The notes under the pieces were generated by a model. The model was not told where the DNA came from, searched no databases, and was given only the letters and a program-made list of their open reading frames with translations. The position numbers and the translations under genes are program-made. 64,000 bases of DNA from Magnetococcales bacterium (GTDB lineage Bacteria; Pseudomonadota; Magnetococcia; Magnetococcales; UBA8363): assembly GCA_015660855.1 (NCBI GenBank), contig JACSDG010000028.1, forward strand, positions 8,685 through 72,684, read 5' to 3'. Shown here one piece after another: positions 17,843 to 27,508 of the stretch (within the stretch, counting starts at the first letter, position 1; every line of letters begins with the position of its first letter).

Positions 17843-19123
17843 TCACGGATCAAGGTCCAGGGCCTGGTCCATGTCTGAGCCGCCGCTTTGTGAACCAGAC
17901 CGCAAAACCCAGAGACCATAGGCCATAATGACAAAATTTGCAAGCCCAGTGAATATGAAAGGCGCGGTTGGGCTGACCAAGTCGAACAAAAATCCGCCGA
18001 TCTGAATAAAAAAGATGATGCCGATGCAACCAACGGTATTGAAAGCCCCCATGACCGATCCACGGGTATCCACCGGAGAAATGTCCAGGGCCAGGGTTTG
18101 CGGTGCCAGGAGACAACCCGCCTGACCAAGTCCGACAAACAGTGCCGGAACAAAGGTCCACCAGCTCAGAGGATTGTAGATCAAACCCATGCCGGTAAAA
18201 CCGACGCCGGAAAGAACCATCCCCAAGGTCAAGGATTCGACCCGACCAAAATTTTGGATCAACCACCCCCAGAACGGCAGGCTGATGAGGATGATCAACC
18301 CGACGAAACCGATGACCATGCCTGCCTGGCCTGCCGCCTGGACGTGGGTAACTCCGGGGACGATGTCGGCAAAATAAATAAACCAGGTCATGAGAAACAA
18401 GCCGATGATCACCATATCGTTGCGCGATGAGAAGGCGGCCATGAAGCTCAAACGCAGATCTCTTTCCTGCCGCAGCAGGCTCATCACGGCCGCGAAGGGA
18501 AATTTTTGCTTTTGGGTCGGTGTGGCCTTTTCCACCAGGAACTGCCGGGAGACCCAGGCTCCCGCAAGGGCCGTGGCCGCCGAAATCATCATAACCATGG
18601 TCAGGCCGATGTATTTGGGCATTTGCATGAGAACAGCGTAGACCAGGGTGGCCCCGAAGGCGGTCATGAACCCCACCTTGGCCAGAAGCATAGGCCTGTC
18701 TTTCGGGGTGGAATAGTCGCCGGTCAGGGTACCCAACTGCGGCCATACCGCCGTGGAGCCGACGGACATGAGGATGCGCGCCACGTAAAAAACGGCGACG
18801 CCGTTCATCCCGACAAGCAGGCCGATTTCAAGACAGAATGGCGTCAGTGCCGCTGTGATGGCGGAAAGGATAAAACCGTAATATACGATGGGAATCCGAC
18901 CAAACCGGTCGGACAGGTATCCGAGATAACCTACAAAAAGCAGATCGACAAGTTCGGTGATGACTTGAATGTTGGCATTGACAAACCCGGCATTATCCCG
19001 CCCCAAGCCCAAACCTTTCAGAAAAAGCGGCTGGACGGCCAACACCAGAGTCATGAAAATCATCGACAGTGAGACGACCAGGTAGAGGCTGTTGCGATGA
19101 CTGGGGTGGAGTTCCTGGGACAT
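17843..19123 (-). CDS. mamH: MamH (MFS transporter, first gene of the operon)
   Basis: 426 aa with a 12-TM MFS-like profile. First gene of the minus-strand mam cluster, followed by mamI-mamE as in mamAB operons. Confidence 0.78.
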   Translation of the reverse strand: MSQELHPSHRNSLYLVVSLSMIFMTLVLAVQPLFLKGLGLGRDNAGFVNANIQVITELVDLLFVGYLGYLSDRFGRIPIVYYGFILSAITAALTPFCLEIGLLVGMNGVAVFYVARILMSVGSTAVWPQLGTLTGDYSTPKDRPMLLAKVGFMTAFGATLVYAVLMQMPKYIGLTMVMMISAATALAGAWVSRQFLVEKATPTQKQKFPFAAVMSLLRQERDLRLSFMAAFSSRNDMVIIGLFLMTWFIYFADIVPGVTHVQAAGQAGMVIGFVGLIILISLPFWGWLIQNFGRVESLTLGMVLSGVGFTGMGLIYNPLSWWTFVPALFVGLGQAGCLLAPQTLALDISPVDTRGSVMGAFNTVGCIGIIFFIQIGGFLFDLVSPTAPFIFTGLANFVIMAYGLWVLRSGSQSGGSDMDQALDLDP

Positions 19124-19239
19124 GTTCGTTGTCGATGGTCCTTTGCTAAAAAACGCGGGGACAGGCCTGCCTCCAAGGTGCCCGAGGTTGGGTCAAACCA
19201 GGTATTGAGGCTTTCATTTCGGCCAAAAACAAAATCTCC

Positions 19240-19268
19240 GTGAAAAATAAATTTCGTTGCCGTACAAT
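19240..19268 (+). promoter_or_regulatory. Candidate sigma70-type promoter for mms6-mmsF
   Basis: GTGAAA (19240..19245), 17-nt spacer, TACAAT (19263..19268), about 60 nt upstream of the mms6 ATG. Confidence 0.3.
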
Positions 19269-19330
19269 GCGCCAGAGTCGGCTGAAGCTGATTGTCCCAT
19301 GACACCGGAATGGATACAAAGGGGAAAAAC

Positions 19331-19939
19331 ATGGCCAACGTCGTAAATACCCAAACAGGTGGAGTCCCTCAAGGGGCTGCCGTTGCCCAGAAAGCACCTG
19401 CGATCAAACCCGCCCCGGGAGTAGAACAAGAAGCTCCCGAAGGAGCCAAGGCGGCCAAAGCGGCCACAGGGGGAAAGGGTGCCGTCGGCAAGGCGGCCGG
19501 AGGCAAGGGGGCGGCGACTCAAGTACCTGCCAACCTCCCCCCTGGAGCCGAGTGGGAGGCCCCTGAAGGGGCCAAAGCGGCCAAAATGACCGCCGCAAAA
19601 ACCGCCACTGGAAAAGGGACTGCCGGTGCCATTGCAACCAAAACCACCACGGGAACCGTAGCCACCAGCAAGGCCGCCACCGGAAAAAGCTTGGCTGCAA
19701 CCGGGGCCGTCGCCACTGGAAAAGGGGCCCTGGCTGCCGCCCCCGGAAGCCTCGCCGTCAAGGGAATCACCTCGGGCGGTTCCTTTTGGTCTGGCAGCCT
19801 GCCCGCGCTGGGCATCAGCCTGGGCGGTCTCACCCCCATTCTCACCGCCGGTGCCGCCGCCGCTCTGGGGGTCGGAATCTATAGCTATATCAAAAACAAA
19901 AAAAAATATATCAACGAACTGGATGACGCACTTAGTTGA
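19331..19939 (+). CDS. mms6: Mms6-like protein (A/K/G/T-rich region, GL-rich TM segment, acidic C-terminus)
   Basis: The C-terminus LPALGISLGGLTPILTAGAAAALGVGIYSYIKNKKKYINELDDALS has the Mms6 architecture (Gly-Leu-rich hydrophobic stretch, basic patch, acidic tail). Internal repeat EAPEGAKAAK x2. ATG 19331 is preceded by AAGGGG; upstream in-frame ATGs lie at 19292 and 19310. Confidence 0.6.
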   Translation: MANVVNTQTGGVPQGAAVAQKAPAIKPAPGVEQEAPEGAKAAKAATGGKGAVGKAAGGKGAATQVPANLPPGAEWEAPEGAKAAKMTAAKTATGKGTAGAIATKTTTGTVATSKAATGKSLAATGAVATGKGALAAAPGSLAVKGITSGGSFWSGSLPALGISLGGLTPILTAGAAAALGVGIYSYIKNKKKYINELDDALS

Positions 19940-19961
19940 CCCCTATCTGGAGAATGTGTTC

Positions 19962-20294
19962 ATGGCCAACCGTTCCTGGCTGGTAACAAAATCGATGTCA
20001 CCAAGGGCCAAAATCCTCGCCCTGTTCAGCTACATGGGAGTTTTGTGCCTTATCCCGCTGCTCTTCAACAACGACCATAACGACTATGTCCGGTTTCATT
20101 CCCGACAGGGGCTGGTTCTGTGGGTCTGGGGGGTGTTGGCCATCTTCAGTCTCTACATCCCGGTCCTGGGGGGATTCATCTTCAGCTTTTCAGTGCTGAT
20201 GATTGCCCTTTTTTCCATCGCCGGCGTCGTTTCAGTCATTTTCTCCCGGGCCTGGAAACTCCCTTTTATCGGTCAGGTTGCAGTCCTCCTGTAG
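19962..20294 (+). CDS. mmsF: MmsF (MamF/MmsF family)
   Basis: YMGVLCLIPLLF...YVRFHSRQGLVLWVW...VVSVIFSRAWKLPFIGQ, paralogous to the mamF product in this window. ATG 19962 is preceded by GGAGA and lies 22 nt after the mms6 stop. Confidence 0.78.
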   Translation: MANRSWLVTKSMSPRAKILALFSYMGVLCLIPLLFNNDHNDYVRFHSRQGLVLWVWGVLAIFSLYIPVLGGFIFSFSVLMIALFSIAGVVSVIFSRAWKLPFIGQVAVLL

Positions 20295-20324
20295 TCGCCA
20301 TTCAGTCCCCCCCCATTTTTTTTT

Positions 20325-20433
20325 AAAGGTTTTAATTATTGCGGGGGTCCGGGGGGAGGTTCTCCCCCCGGCGGAGGTTTGGAGGCAGAGCCTCCAAGGT
20401 TTTTCTTTTGACTTTGATTTTGACTTTGATTTT
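20325..20433 (-). repeat. NH-REP, full copy in reverse orientation plus (GACTTTGATTTT)x2
   Basis: attattgcgggggtccggggggaggttctccccccggcggaggtttggaggcagagcctccaaggtttt is the reverse complement of the tail-H3-H2 modules. It overlaps the 3-prime end of the SPOR-domain ORF. Confidence 0.88.
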
Positions 20434-21294
20434 ACGGCGCAACACCTCCCCCGCCGCCGCCCTGTCACCATAAGGACCGGAAAACACACAACTCATGGCT
20501 CCATCCCGAATCTGCTTTCTGTAAATCGACGCCGCAAAAGGACGCACCTGTTTACCGCGATCAACCGCATTGCGCGCTTGGGAAAAACACCCCAACGAAA
20601 TAAAAAAACCCCGTTTTTGATCCTCGACAGGCACCGGATTGAAAACCCCGTCCTCCAACCCCAATAAACCCGCGCTCTGTGGTTGCATCACAGATTTTTC
20701 CTTGGCAGTTTCCACCTGTGTTGGCAAAACCTGGGCCACCTTGACGGAGACACCACCTCCATCACCAGCGGCCTTATCTGCCACCTCCACAACATCCGTC
20801 ACCACCGGGACAGAAGCCTGTGCCACCTGGACCGAACCTTCCACGTCCCCACCAACCACCCTCAAACTGTCCAACCTTGGCCCCTGCAATGCCGCTTCCT
20901 GAACAAAGGCTTCCAGCCGTTCATCAATGTCATGACGCAACTGCGACCAATTCAACTCCCTGCTTTCCTTGATGTGGTCCAATTTATCGCCCAAACTCAC
21001 GATCATACGTCCCAGACGCTCGTCGCGATGCCTGAAATTTCTGTCCAACTTTTCCACTAGGCGTTCGGCCAATCCATCGACCGCGCCATCGCCTCCCCCG
21101 GTCTGCCCATCCTTTGGCCCCCCCACCGCAACCAAACCCGGAGGTGACGTGCTCGGCACCACAGTCTTTTTCTGTTCCAGCATGACTGCGGCCGATAGCA
21201 GGATAAACCCGATAAACAGGGATCCGGCAAACACTTCCAGGATTGTTATGGAAAATAATCCGTCAGAGAAACGGACGGTATTCAAGGCGGCCAT
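20332..21294 (-). CDS. Membrane-anchored protein with a C-terminal SPOR-like domain
   Basis: N-terminal TM (ITILEVFAGSLFIGFILLSAAVML) and a C-terminal SPOR-like block (GFFISLGCFSQARNAVDRGKQVRPFAASIYRKQIRDGAMSCVFSGPYGDRAAAGEVLRR). The last ~34 codons (KIKVKIKVKRKTLEALPPNLRRGENLPPDPRNN) are translated NH-REP sequence. Confidence 0.6.
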   Translation of the reverse strand: MAALNTVRFSDGLFSITILEVFAGSLFIGFILLSAAVMLEQKKTVVPSTSPPGLVAVGGPKDGQTGGGDGAVDGLAERLVEKLDRNFRHRDERLGRMIVSLGDKLDHIKESRELNWSQLRHDIDERLEAFVQEAALQGPRLDSLRVVGGDVEGSVQVAQASVPVVTDVVEVADKAAGDGGGVSVKVAQVLPTQVETAKEKSVMQPQSAGLLGLEDGVFNPVPVEDQKRGFFISLGCFSQARNAVDRGKQVRPFAASIYRKQIRDGAMSCVFSGPYGDRAAAGEVLRRKIKVKIKVKRKTLEALPPNLRRGENLPPDPRNN

Positions 21295-21560
21295 TTTTCA
21301 AGGTTTTCCTTCCTGATTTTCAAACCAGCACCGTGACTGCGGTACCCAACATCAAGTCAAGAAAAGACTCAGGCCGCAGTATCCAAACCAACACCGTTAT
21401 TTATGCACTTTTTGCGCCAAACAATTTACCCGTATCCAAAAATCAGTGGGAACGAAATGAAGACCACGGATCCAATGATTTGAAATCTATTGATATTTTA
21501 ACAAATAAGGAGGAGAGTTCCCATGTCGGGCGAAACAAAAGGCAGACAGTGATTACGTCT

Positions 21561-21636
21561 GGCAAAAATTGTTGCGGGGGTTAAAGAGGGGGGCGAGAGC
21601 ACCCAAGATGTTGGTTTTTGCCCGAAGGGCATCATG
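21561..21636 (-). repeat. NH-REP, degenerate copy in reverse orientation
   Basis: ggcaaaaattgttgcggggg...gggcgagagcacccaagatgttggtttttgcccgaagggcatcatg (tail, H2 variant, H1). Confidence 0.75.
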
Positions 21637-21674
21637 TTCCAATCACACAAGTCACGACTCATTTGTAAAATTAA

Positions 21675-21688
21675 TTGATGTATATCAA
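21675..21688. promoter_or_regulatory. Perfect FNR/Dnr/NnrR-type box TTGAT-N4-ATCAA upstream of norC
   Basis: TTGATGTATATCAA at 21675..21688, about 235 bp upstream of the norC ATG, in a 630-bp non-coding region. Confidence 0.4.
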
Positions 21689-21766
21689 AAATCTCTCGCA
21701 ATCAGCTTGTCAAGTTGATCAAAGCGGATAAAACTAAATGGAAAGCGAAAGATTGAAGCTTCTTAT

Positions 21767-21815
21767 TTAAATTCAAAAACAAGGTCAAAACCCTGGGGGA
21801 AATCCCCCAGCCCCC
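21767..21815 (+). repeat. NH-REP fragment (spacer + H2 variant)
   Basis: ttaaattcaaaaacaaggtcaaaaccctgggggaaatcccccagccccc parallels 13391..13431. Confidence 0.6.
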
Positions 21816-21923
21816 TTTTTTTTCTTTTAATAATTTCAATATGGGATGGCGGATCTTAGCGGTTTCCATTATTTTATTTTTTTAATGCTAATAATTATTT
21901 CTCTAACCGTGCGGAGCTAATGT

Positions 21924-22346
21924 ATGAGCAGATTCACCAAAAACTCCTCAAGAAATTTATTTTATGGAGGGAGCTTGTTTTTCTTTCTTGTATTGATCGG
22001 GCTGACCTTCGACACCATGGGGGGATTATCCAAAAGGGATCACCGCGAGAATATCACTCCACAAGTGGCTCAGGGAAAACGGGTCTGGGAAGACAATAAC
22101 TGTGTTGGTTGCCACACCATCATGGGTGAGGGGGCCTATTTTGCTCCCGAATTGGGCAACGTCTACCAACGTCGTGGCCCTGACTTTATCAAAGGTTGGA
22201 TTCAATCCCAACCGACTGGAATCAAAGGTCGTCGGCAAATGCCCCAGTTTCATCTGACCGAAGAAGAGTTGGATGCCATTGTCGCGTTCCTGAAATGGAC
22301 CAATGAAATCAATGCCGCCAAATGGCCACCCAATGTCGAAGGATAA
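21924..22346 (+). CDS. norC: Nitric oxide reductase subunit C (membrane-anchored cytochrome c)
   Basis: TM anchor plus the haem c site NNCVGCHTIMGEGAYFAPELG, with the C-terminus typical of NorC. Immediately upstream of norB. Confidence 0.9.
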   Translation: MSRFTKNSSRNLFYGGSLFFFLVLIGLTFDTMGGLSKRDHRENITPQVAQGKRVWEDNNCVGCHTIMGEGAYFAPELGNVYQRRGPDFIKGWIQSQPTGIKGRRQMPQFHLTEEELDAIVAFLKWTNEINAAKWPPNVEG

Positions 22347-23744
<1,398 letters not shown>

Positions 23745-23764
23745 TTCACCATTTCTTCTCTACT

Positions 23765-23800
23765 AATCCGGGGCATCTGGTGTATGCCCCGGATTTTCTT
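23765..23800 (+). terminator. Stem-loop with U-tract between norB and norQ (intra-cluster terminator or attenuator)
   Basis: AATCCGGGGCAT-ctggtgt-ATGCCCCGGATT followed by TTTCTT. It starts 21 nt after the norB stop. Confidence 0.55.
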
Positions 23801-23817
23801 AATCCTTCGGTTATTCA

Positions 23818-24489
23818 ATGATTATGCTGACTTCCAAGAGTGACTCCATCCCGTTTTATCAGCCTGTTGGTAATGAAATTGCCTTGTTTGAATACGCCTA
23901 TAACAATCAACTGCCTTTGTTGATTAAAGGCCCGACCGGTTGTGGTAAAACCCGATTCATTCGTCGTATGGCCAGTCGGTTGGGACGGCCTCTGTTTACC
24001 GTCGTGGAGGCCAGAAAAGATACAACGGTAGTCCTGCACCCTTTGGCCGATGACCGTCGCATCCTCCCCATTGATCGCACAGGAGAGCTATTGATGGCTC
24101 CGGCTCAATTCATGCTGGTGATTTCCTACAACCCCGGCTACCAAAATTTTTTAAAGGGGATGAAGCCCAGCACCCGACAACGTTTTATCTCCCTACGCTT
24201 TCAATTTCCCCAACCAGAGGTTGAACGAATCATTCTGATCCAGGAAAGCGGTATTGAGCCATCCATAGCCGCCCAACTGGTCACTTTGGCAGGAGCCTTG
24301 CGCGCACTGAAAGATCACGACCTGGAAGAGAGTGTCAGCACGCGACTTTTGATCTATGCCGCCAAGTTGATCAAAGATGGTTTTCCTCCGGTTGAATCCT
24401 GCCGATCCGCCATGGTGGAGACGTTAACCGATGACCTGGAGACCGCCCACGGGTTGATGGAGGTTGTCCATGCCATCTTCGGTGAATAG
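23818..24489 (+). CDS. norQ: NorQ/CbbQ-type MoxR AAA+ ATPase, apparently carrying an in-frame internal deletion
   Basis: Walker A LIKGPTGCGKTRF and the C-terminal blocks VEARKDTTVVLHPL, LVISYNPGYQNFLKG and STRLLIYAAKL are present. The ~44 residues normally between ...RPL.TV and VVEARKD (ACHDDL..DLVGR.......GAICYLDE, including Walker B) are missing. The product is 223 aa versus about 265-270 aa for family members as I recall them. Confidence 0.8.
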   Translation: MIMLTSKSDSIPFYQPVGNEIALFEYAYNNQLPLLIKGPTGCGKTRFIRRMASRLGRPLFTVVEARKDTTVVLHPLADDRRILPIDRTGELLMAPAQFMLVISYNPGYQNFLKGMKPSTRQRFISLRFQFPQPEVERIILIQESGIEPSIAAQLVTLAGALRALKDHDLEESVSTRLLIYAAKLIKDGFPPVESCRSAMVETLTDDLETAHGLMEVVHAIFGE

Positions 24490-25522
24490 ACGTGCCGATA
24501 TCATTCCGATTCAACGTCTGGATTCACTCAATTCCTCCTGCAAAATTCTAGAGCATTTGTCCGCACCTGGACACAAACAATTACAACGGCAACGCTTGAT
24601 CCTACGACTGTCTTTTTTTGCTTTGTTCATCATTATGCCGATCCTTGATATTTTCCGCCTTGATTTAACCCTGGGTCATTTTTTTATTTTCGGCCAACCG
24701 GTGACTTTAGATATTAACCCGGAGAGTATTCGCACTGGAGGAATGTGGTCAGCCACAGAACAATTGCTGACGCACATTTTTCTCCCTGTGCTTTCCCTCG
24801 TAGGAACCGTTATTTACGTTTCCTGGCGTTGGGGACGGATTTACTGTAGCTGGCTCTGCCCCCATTTTTCCATGGTTGAACTCATCAATGGCCTTTGGCG
24901 ACGCACCAATGGCAAACCAACTTTCTGGGAACGACATCCCCTGCCCAGCACCGAAACGGGGGGAACCCAAATTAAAATTCGCTCAAGAAACGGTTTTTTA
25001 TTGGTGGCAACCATCCTGTTTTTCTCAGCTCTCTGGGCCATCGTTCTACTGACCTATCTTCTGCCTCCGGCCGAAATCTATGGCAATTTGTTTTCTGGAA
25101 ACCTGACGGCCAATCAAACCCTGTTCATTACCGTGGCCACGGTGGTCTTTATCATCGACTTTACGGTTGCCCGACATTTTTTCTGTCGGTTTGGCTGTGC
25201 GGTAGGCATGGCGCAAAGTTTAGCCTGGTTTGCCAACCGCAAAGCACTGGTGGTCGGTTTTGAACGTCATCGTGTCGAGGAATGTTCCACCTGTAGCCAA
25301 GCCTGTGATAATTCCTGTCCCATGCGCATTAAACCCCGTGGTGGTAAAGGGCGAATTGCCACCTGCACCCAATGTGGCGCGTGTGTCGAAGCCTGCGCCC
25401 AGGTTAAAACCCATAACCCTCAAGGACCACTGCTCTACTGGGTTTCCGGGGACCAAGCAAACAATGTAGCCGATCCAAAAACAGTGGGCATCATCAACCC
25501 GGATTCTCAAAGCAAGGGGTAA
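24470..25522 (+). CDS. Polytopic membrane polyferredoxin (NapH/MauN/CcoG-like, two 4Fe-4S Cys clusters)
   Basis: TM segments carrying YCSWLCP and FFCRFGCAVG motifs, then CSTCSQACDNSCP and CTQCGACVEAC clusters. ATG 24470 is preceded by GGAGG and overlaps the norQ 3-prime end. Confidence 0.72.
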   Translation: MPSSVNRRADIIPIQRLDSLNSSCKILEHLSAPGHKQLQRQRLILRLSFFALFIIMPILDIFRLDLTLGHFFIFGQPVTLDINPESIRTGGMWSATEQLLTHIFLPVLSLVGTVIYVSWRWGRIYCSWLCPHFSMVELINGLWRRTNGKPTFWERHPLPSTETGGTQIKIRSRNGFLLVATILFFSALWAIVLLTYLLPPAEIYGNLFSGNLTANQTLFITVATVVFIIDFTVARHFFCRFGCAVGMAQSLAWFANRKALVVGFERHRVEECSTCSQACDNSCPMRIKPRGGKGRIATCTQCGACVEACAQVKTHNPQGPLLYWVSGDQANNVADPKTVGIINPDSQSKG

Positions 25523-25525
25523 CCC

Positions 25526-27373
25526 ATGGAAGAATACATTGGCTCCCTCTGGGATCGGTGGATTACCCAAAGTTCCCATGGACGCCACCCGGAAGCTACC
25601 GTTTGGCTAAGTGATGTGGAAAAATCGGCAGGACTGCTTTTCCGAGCTTTTGGGGGTAATCCGGCATCATCTTTGATAGGTGTTGCTGATTCCTCCCATA
25701 ACGCCAAACGGAGCTGGTTGGCACGTCTGGGCGGCACACAAAAAAAAGTCCCCCTCTCCTGGCAGGAAGAAGATAAACTCTGCCTGCCAGAAAAAATTGA
25801 TCTCTTTCCTCTTCCTGCCCTCAATCGGGATCTTTATGTGTGGTTGATCGCCTTGCAAGGGGTCCAGCGAACCTCCCTTCATCCAGACTGGATCACAGCG
25901 TCTCAAGATCGAGTTTGTACGGTATTAAACAACTTTCCCGGCCTAATCAACCGTTACCGGCGTTTACTGGCGGCGCATATGACCAGCCGACCTGACCCAG
26001 GCAACCTCCCACCAACTGAGGCGCATCAAGAGTTGCTGATTCGTCGTGCATTAACAAAGCCGGGTAGTGTTGCTGCGTTATCCGCCTGTAACATAGCCCC
26101 CTGGCCGGTTTTACTCTGGCCCCATCCCGCCCCAGAGATCTATGCAAATAGCACCGAACCACGCCGCCCTGATGCGGAACCGACGATGGGAGAGTCTCGT
26201 GCGGCAAAACCTGAATCAGGACACAAAAAAAATAAACACCGCAGCGAACGGGTCGAGGCACCCGAGGAGAATCGAGGGCTTATACTCCATCGTTTCGAGA
26301 GTATTTTCAGTTGGGCCGAATATATCAAGGTGGATCGGGCCACCGATGAGGAAGATGAACCAGAAAACTCCAAGGGGATTGCCGATGATCTGGAAATATT
26401 GAGTTTAGCGCGGGATAATAAACCCATGGCCAAAAGAATCCGCTTTGACATGGATCTTCCCAGTGAAGCCGACGATGACTTGGTATTGGGTGGCGGAAGA
26501 CTGTTACCGGAATGGGATTACAAGAAAAACAGGTTAGTATCTGATTATTGCCGGATTATCCCCATGATGGCCCGCAATGCCCAACCCAGTGAACTTCCCC
26601 CGCATTTGCTGGCCACTTCCCGCAAGATACGGGGGCAATTTTCCCAAATCAAACCAGTACGCCTCTGGTTCCGACGCCAATCCGATGGAACAGAGCTGGA
26701 TCTGGAAGCCATGGTCGAGGCCAGAGCCAATCAACTGCGCCAACAGGGGATGACCCAACCGCCCATATTTAAAGATTTTCGACCGGGAAATCGGGATCTG
26801 GCATCCCTTCTTCTTGCCGATCTCTCTCTTTCCACCGACACATGGGTCAACAACAGCCAAAGAATCATTGATGTGATTCAGGACACATTGTTTCTCTTTT
26901 CCGAGGCCCTTTCTGCTGTTTCAGACCCATTTGCCCTCTATGGTTTTTCATCCCGACGCCGGGATCACATTCGCTTCCATCATATTAAAGATTTTAGCGA
27001 ACCTTACAACAGTCAGGTCCGTGGTCGAATTCAGGCCATCAAACCGGGATATTATACCCGTCTTGGGGCGGCCATCCGACAATCAACGGAGATCCTATCC
27101 GATTATCCTGCTTCTCGCCGACTACTGCTACTTTTGACGGATGGAAAGCCTAATGATTTGGATCGATATGAGGGACGTTATGGAGTAGAAGATACCCGCA
27201 TGTCTATTCTGGAAGCCCAAAAAAAAGGGGTACGGACTTTTTGTGTTACCATTGATGAGAAGGCGGGAGAATATTGCCCCTATCTCTTTGGGAAAGATGG
27301 TTTCATCGTGTTAAAAAACGCCAAGAATCTGCCCTCAGGATTACCGCTGCTCTATTCTCGAATCACCCGTTGA
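25526..27373 (+). CDS. norD: NorD (VWA-domain nitric oxide reductase activation protein)
   Basis: 615 aa with a C-terminal VWA/MIDAS region (LLLADLSLSTD...LLLLTDGKPNDLDRYEGRYGVEDTRMSILEAQKKGVRTFCVTID), typical of NorD/CobT-like proteins. Confidence 0.9.
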   Translation: MEEYIGSLWDRWITQSSHGRHPEATVWLSDVEKSAGLLFRAFGGNPASSLIGVADSSHNAKRSWLARLGGTQKKVPLSWQEEDKLCLPEKIDLFPLPALNRDLYVWLIALQGVQRTSLHPDWITASQDRVCTVLNNFPGLINRYRRLLAAHMTSRPDPGNLPPTEAHQELLIRRALTKPGSVAALSACNIAPWPVLLWPHPAPEIYANSTEPRRPDAEPTMGESRAAKPESGHKKNKHRSERVEAPEENRGLILHRFESIFSWAEYIKVDRATDEEDEPENSKGIADDLEILSLARDNKPMAKRIRFDMDLPSEADDDLVLGGGRLLPEWDYKKNRLVSDYCRIIPMMARNAQPSELPPHLLATSRKIRGQFSQIKPVRLWFRRQSDGTELDLEAMVEARANQLRQQGMTQPPIFKDFRPGNRDLASLLLADLSLSTDTWVNNSQRIIDVIQDTLFLFSEALSAVSDPFALYGFSSRRRDHIRFHHIKDFSEPYNSQVRGRIQAIKPGYYTRLGAAIRQSTEILSDYPASRRLLLLLTDGKPNDLDRYEGRYGVEDTRMSILEAQKKGVRTFCVTIDEKAGEYCPYLFGKDGFIVLKNAKNLPSGLPLLYSRITR

Positions 27374-27389
27374 GGTGGAAAGCTCGGAT

Positions 27390-27457
27390 GGTTTTGATTT
27401 TTTGGTTTTGTCTTTCAAGGTTTTGTTTTGACTTTTTTTTGCCCGAAAGGCATCATG
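27390..27457 (-). repeat. NH-REP fragment (GGTTTTG-type linker repeats + H1)
   Basis: ggttttgattttttggttttgtctttcaaggttttgttttgacttttttttgcccgaaaggcatcatg. Confidence 0.65.
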
Positions 27458-27508
27458 CTCCTTTAAAGAACCGTCGAATTGATAATCTTCCTGACATGAG
27501 GTGGTTTT

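Noticed and set aside
21523-21552. 9-codon ORF (MSGETKGRQ) with a near-perfect SD (AAGGAGGAG) in the norC upstream region
   Set aside because: It is too short to support from sequence alone, and no attenuator structure or conservation can be assessed. It is noted only as a possible leader peptide.
21847-21862. Sigma-54-like TGGC...GC element upstream of norC (NorR-type control)
   Set aside because: The GG-to-GC spacing is 9 nt rather than the required 10, and the flanking bases do not fit TGGCAC-N5-TTGC.
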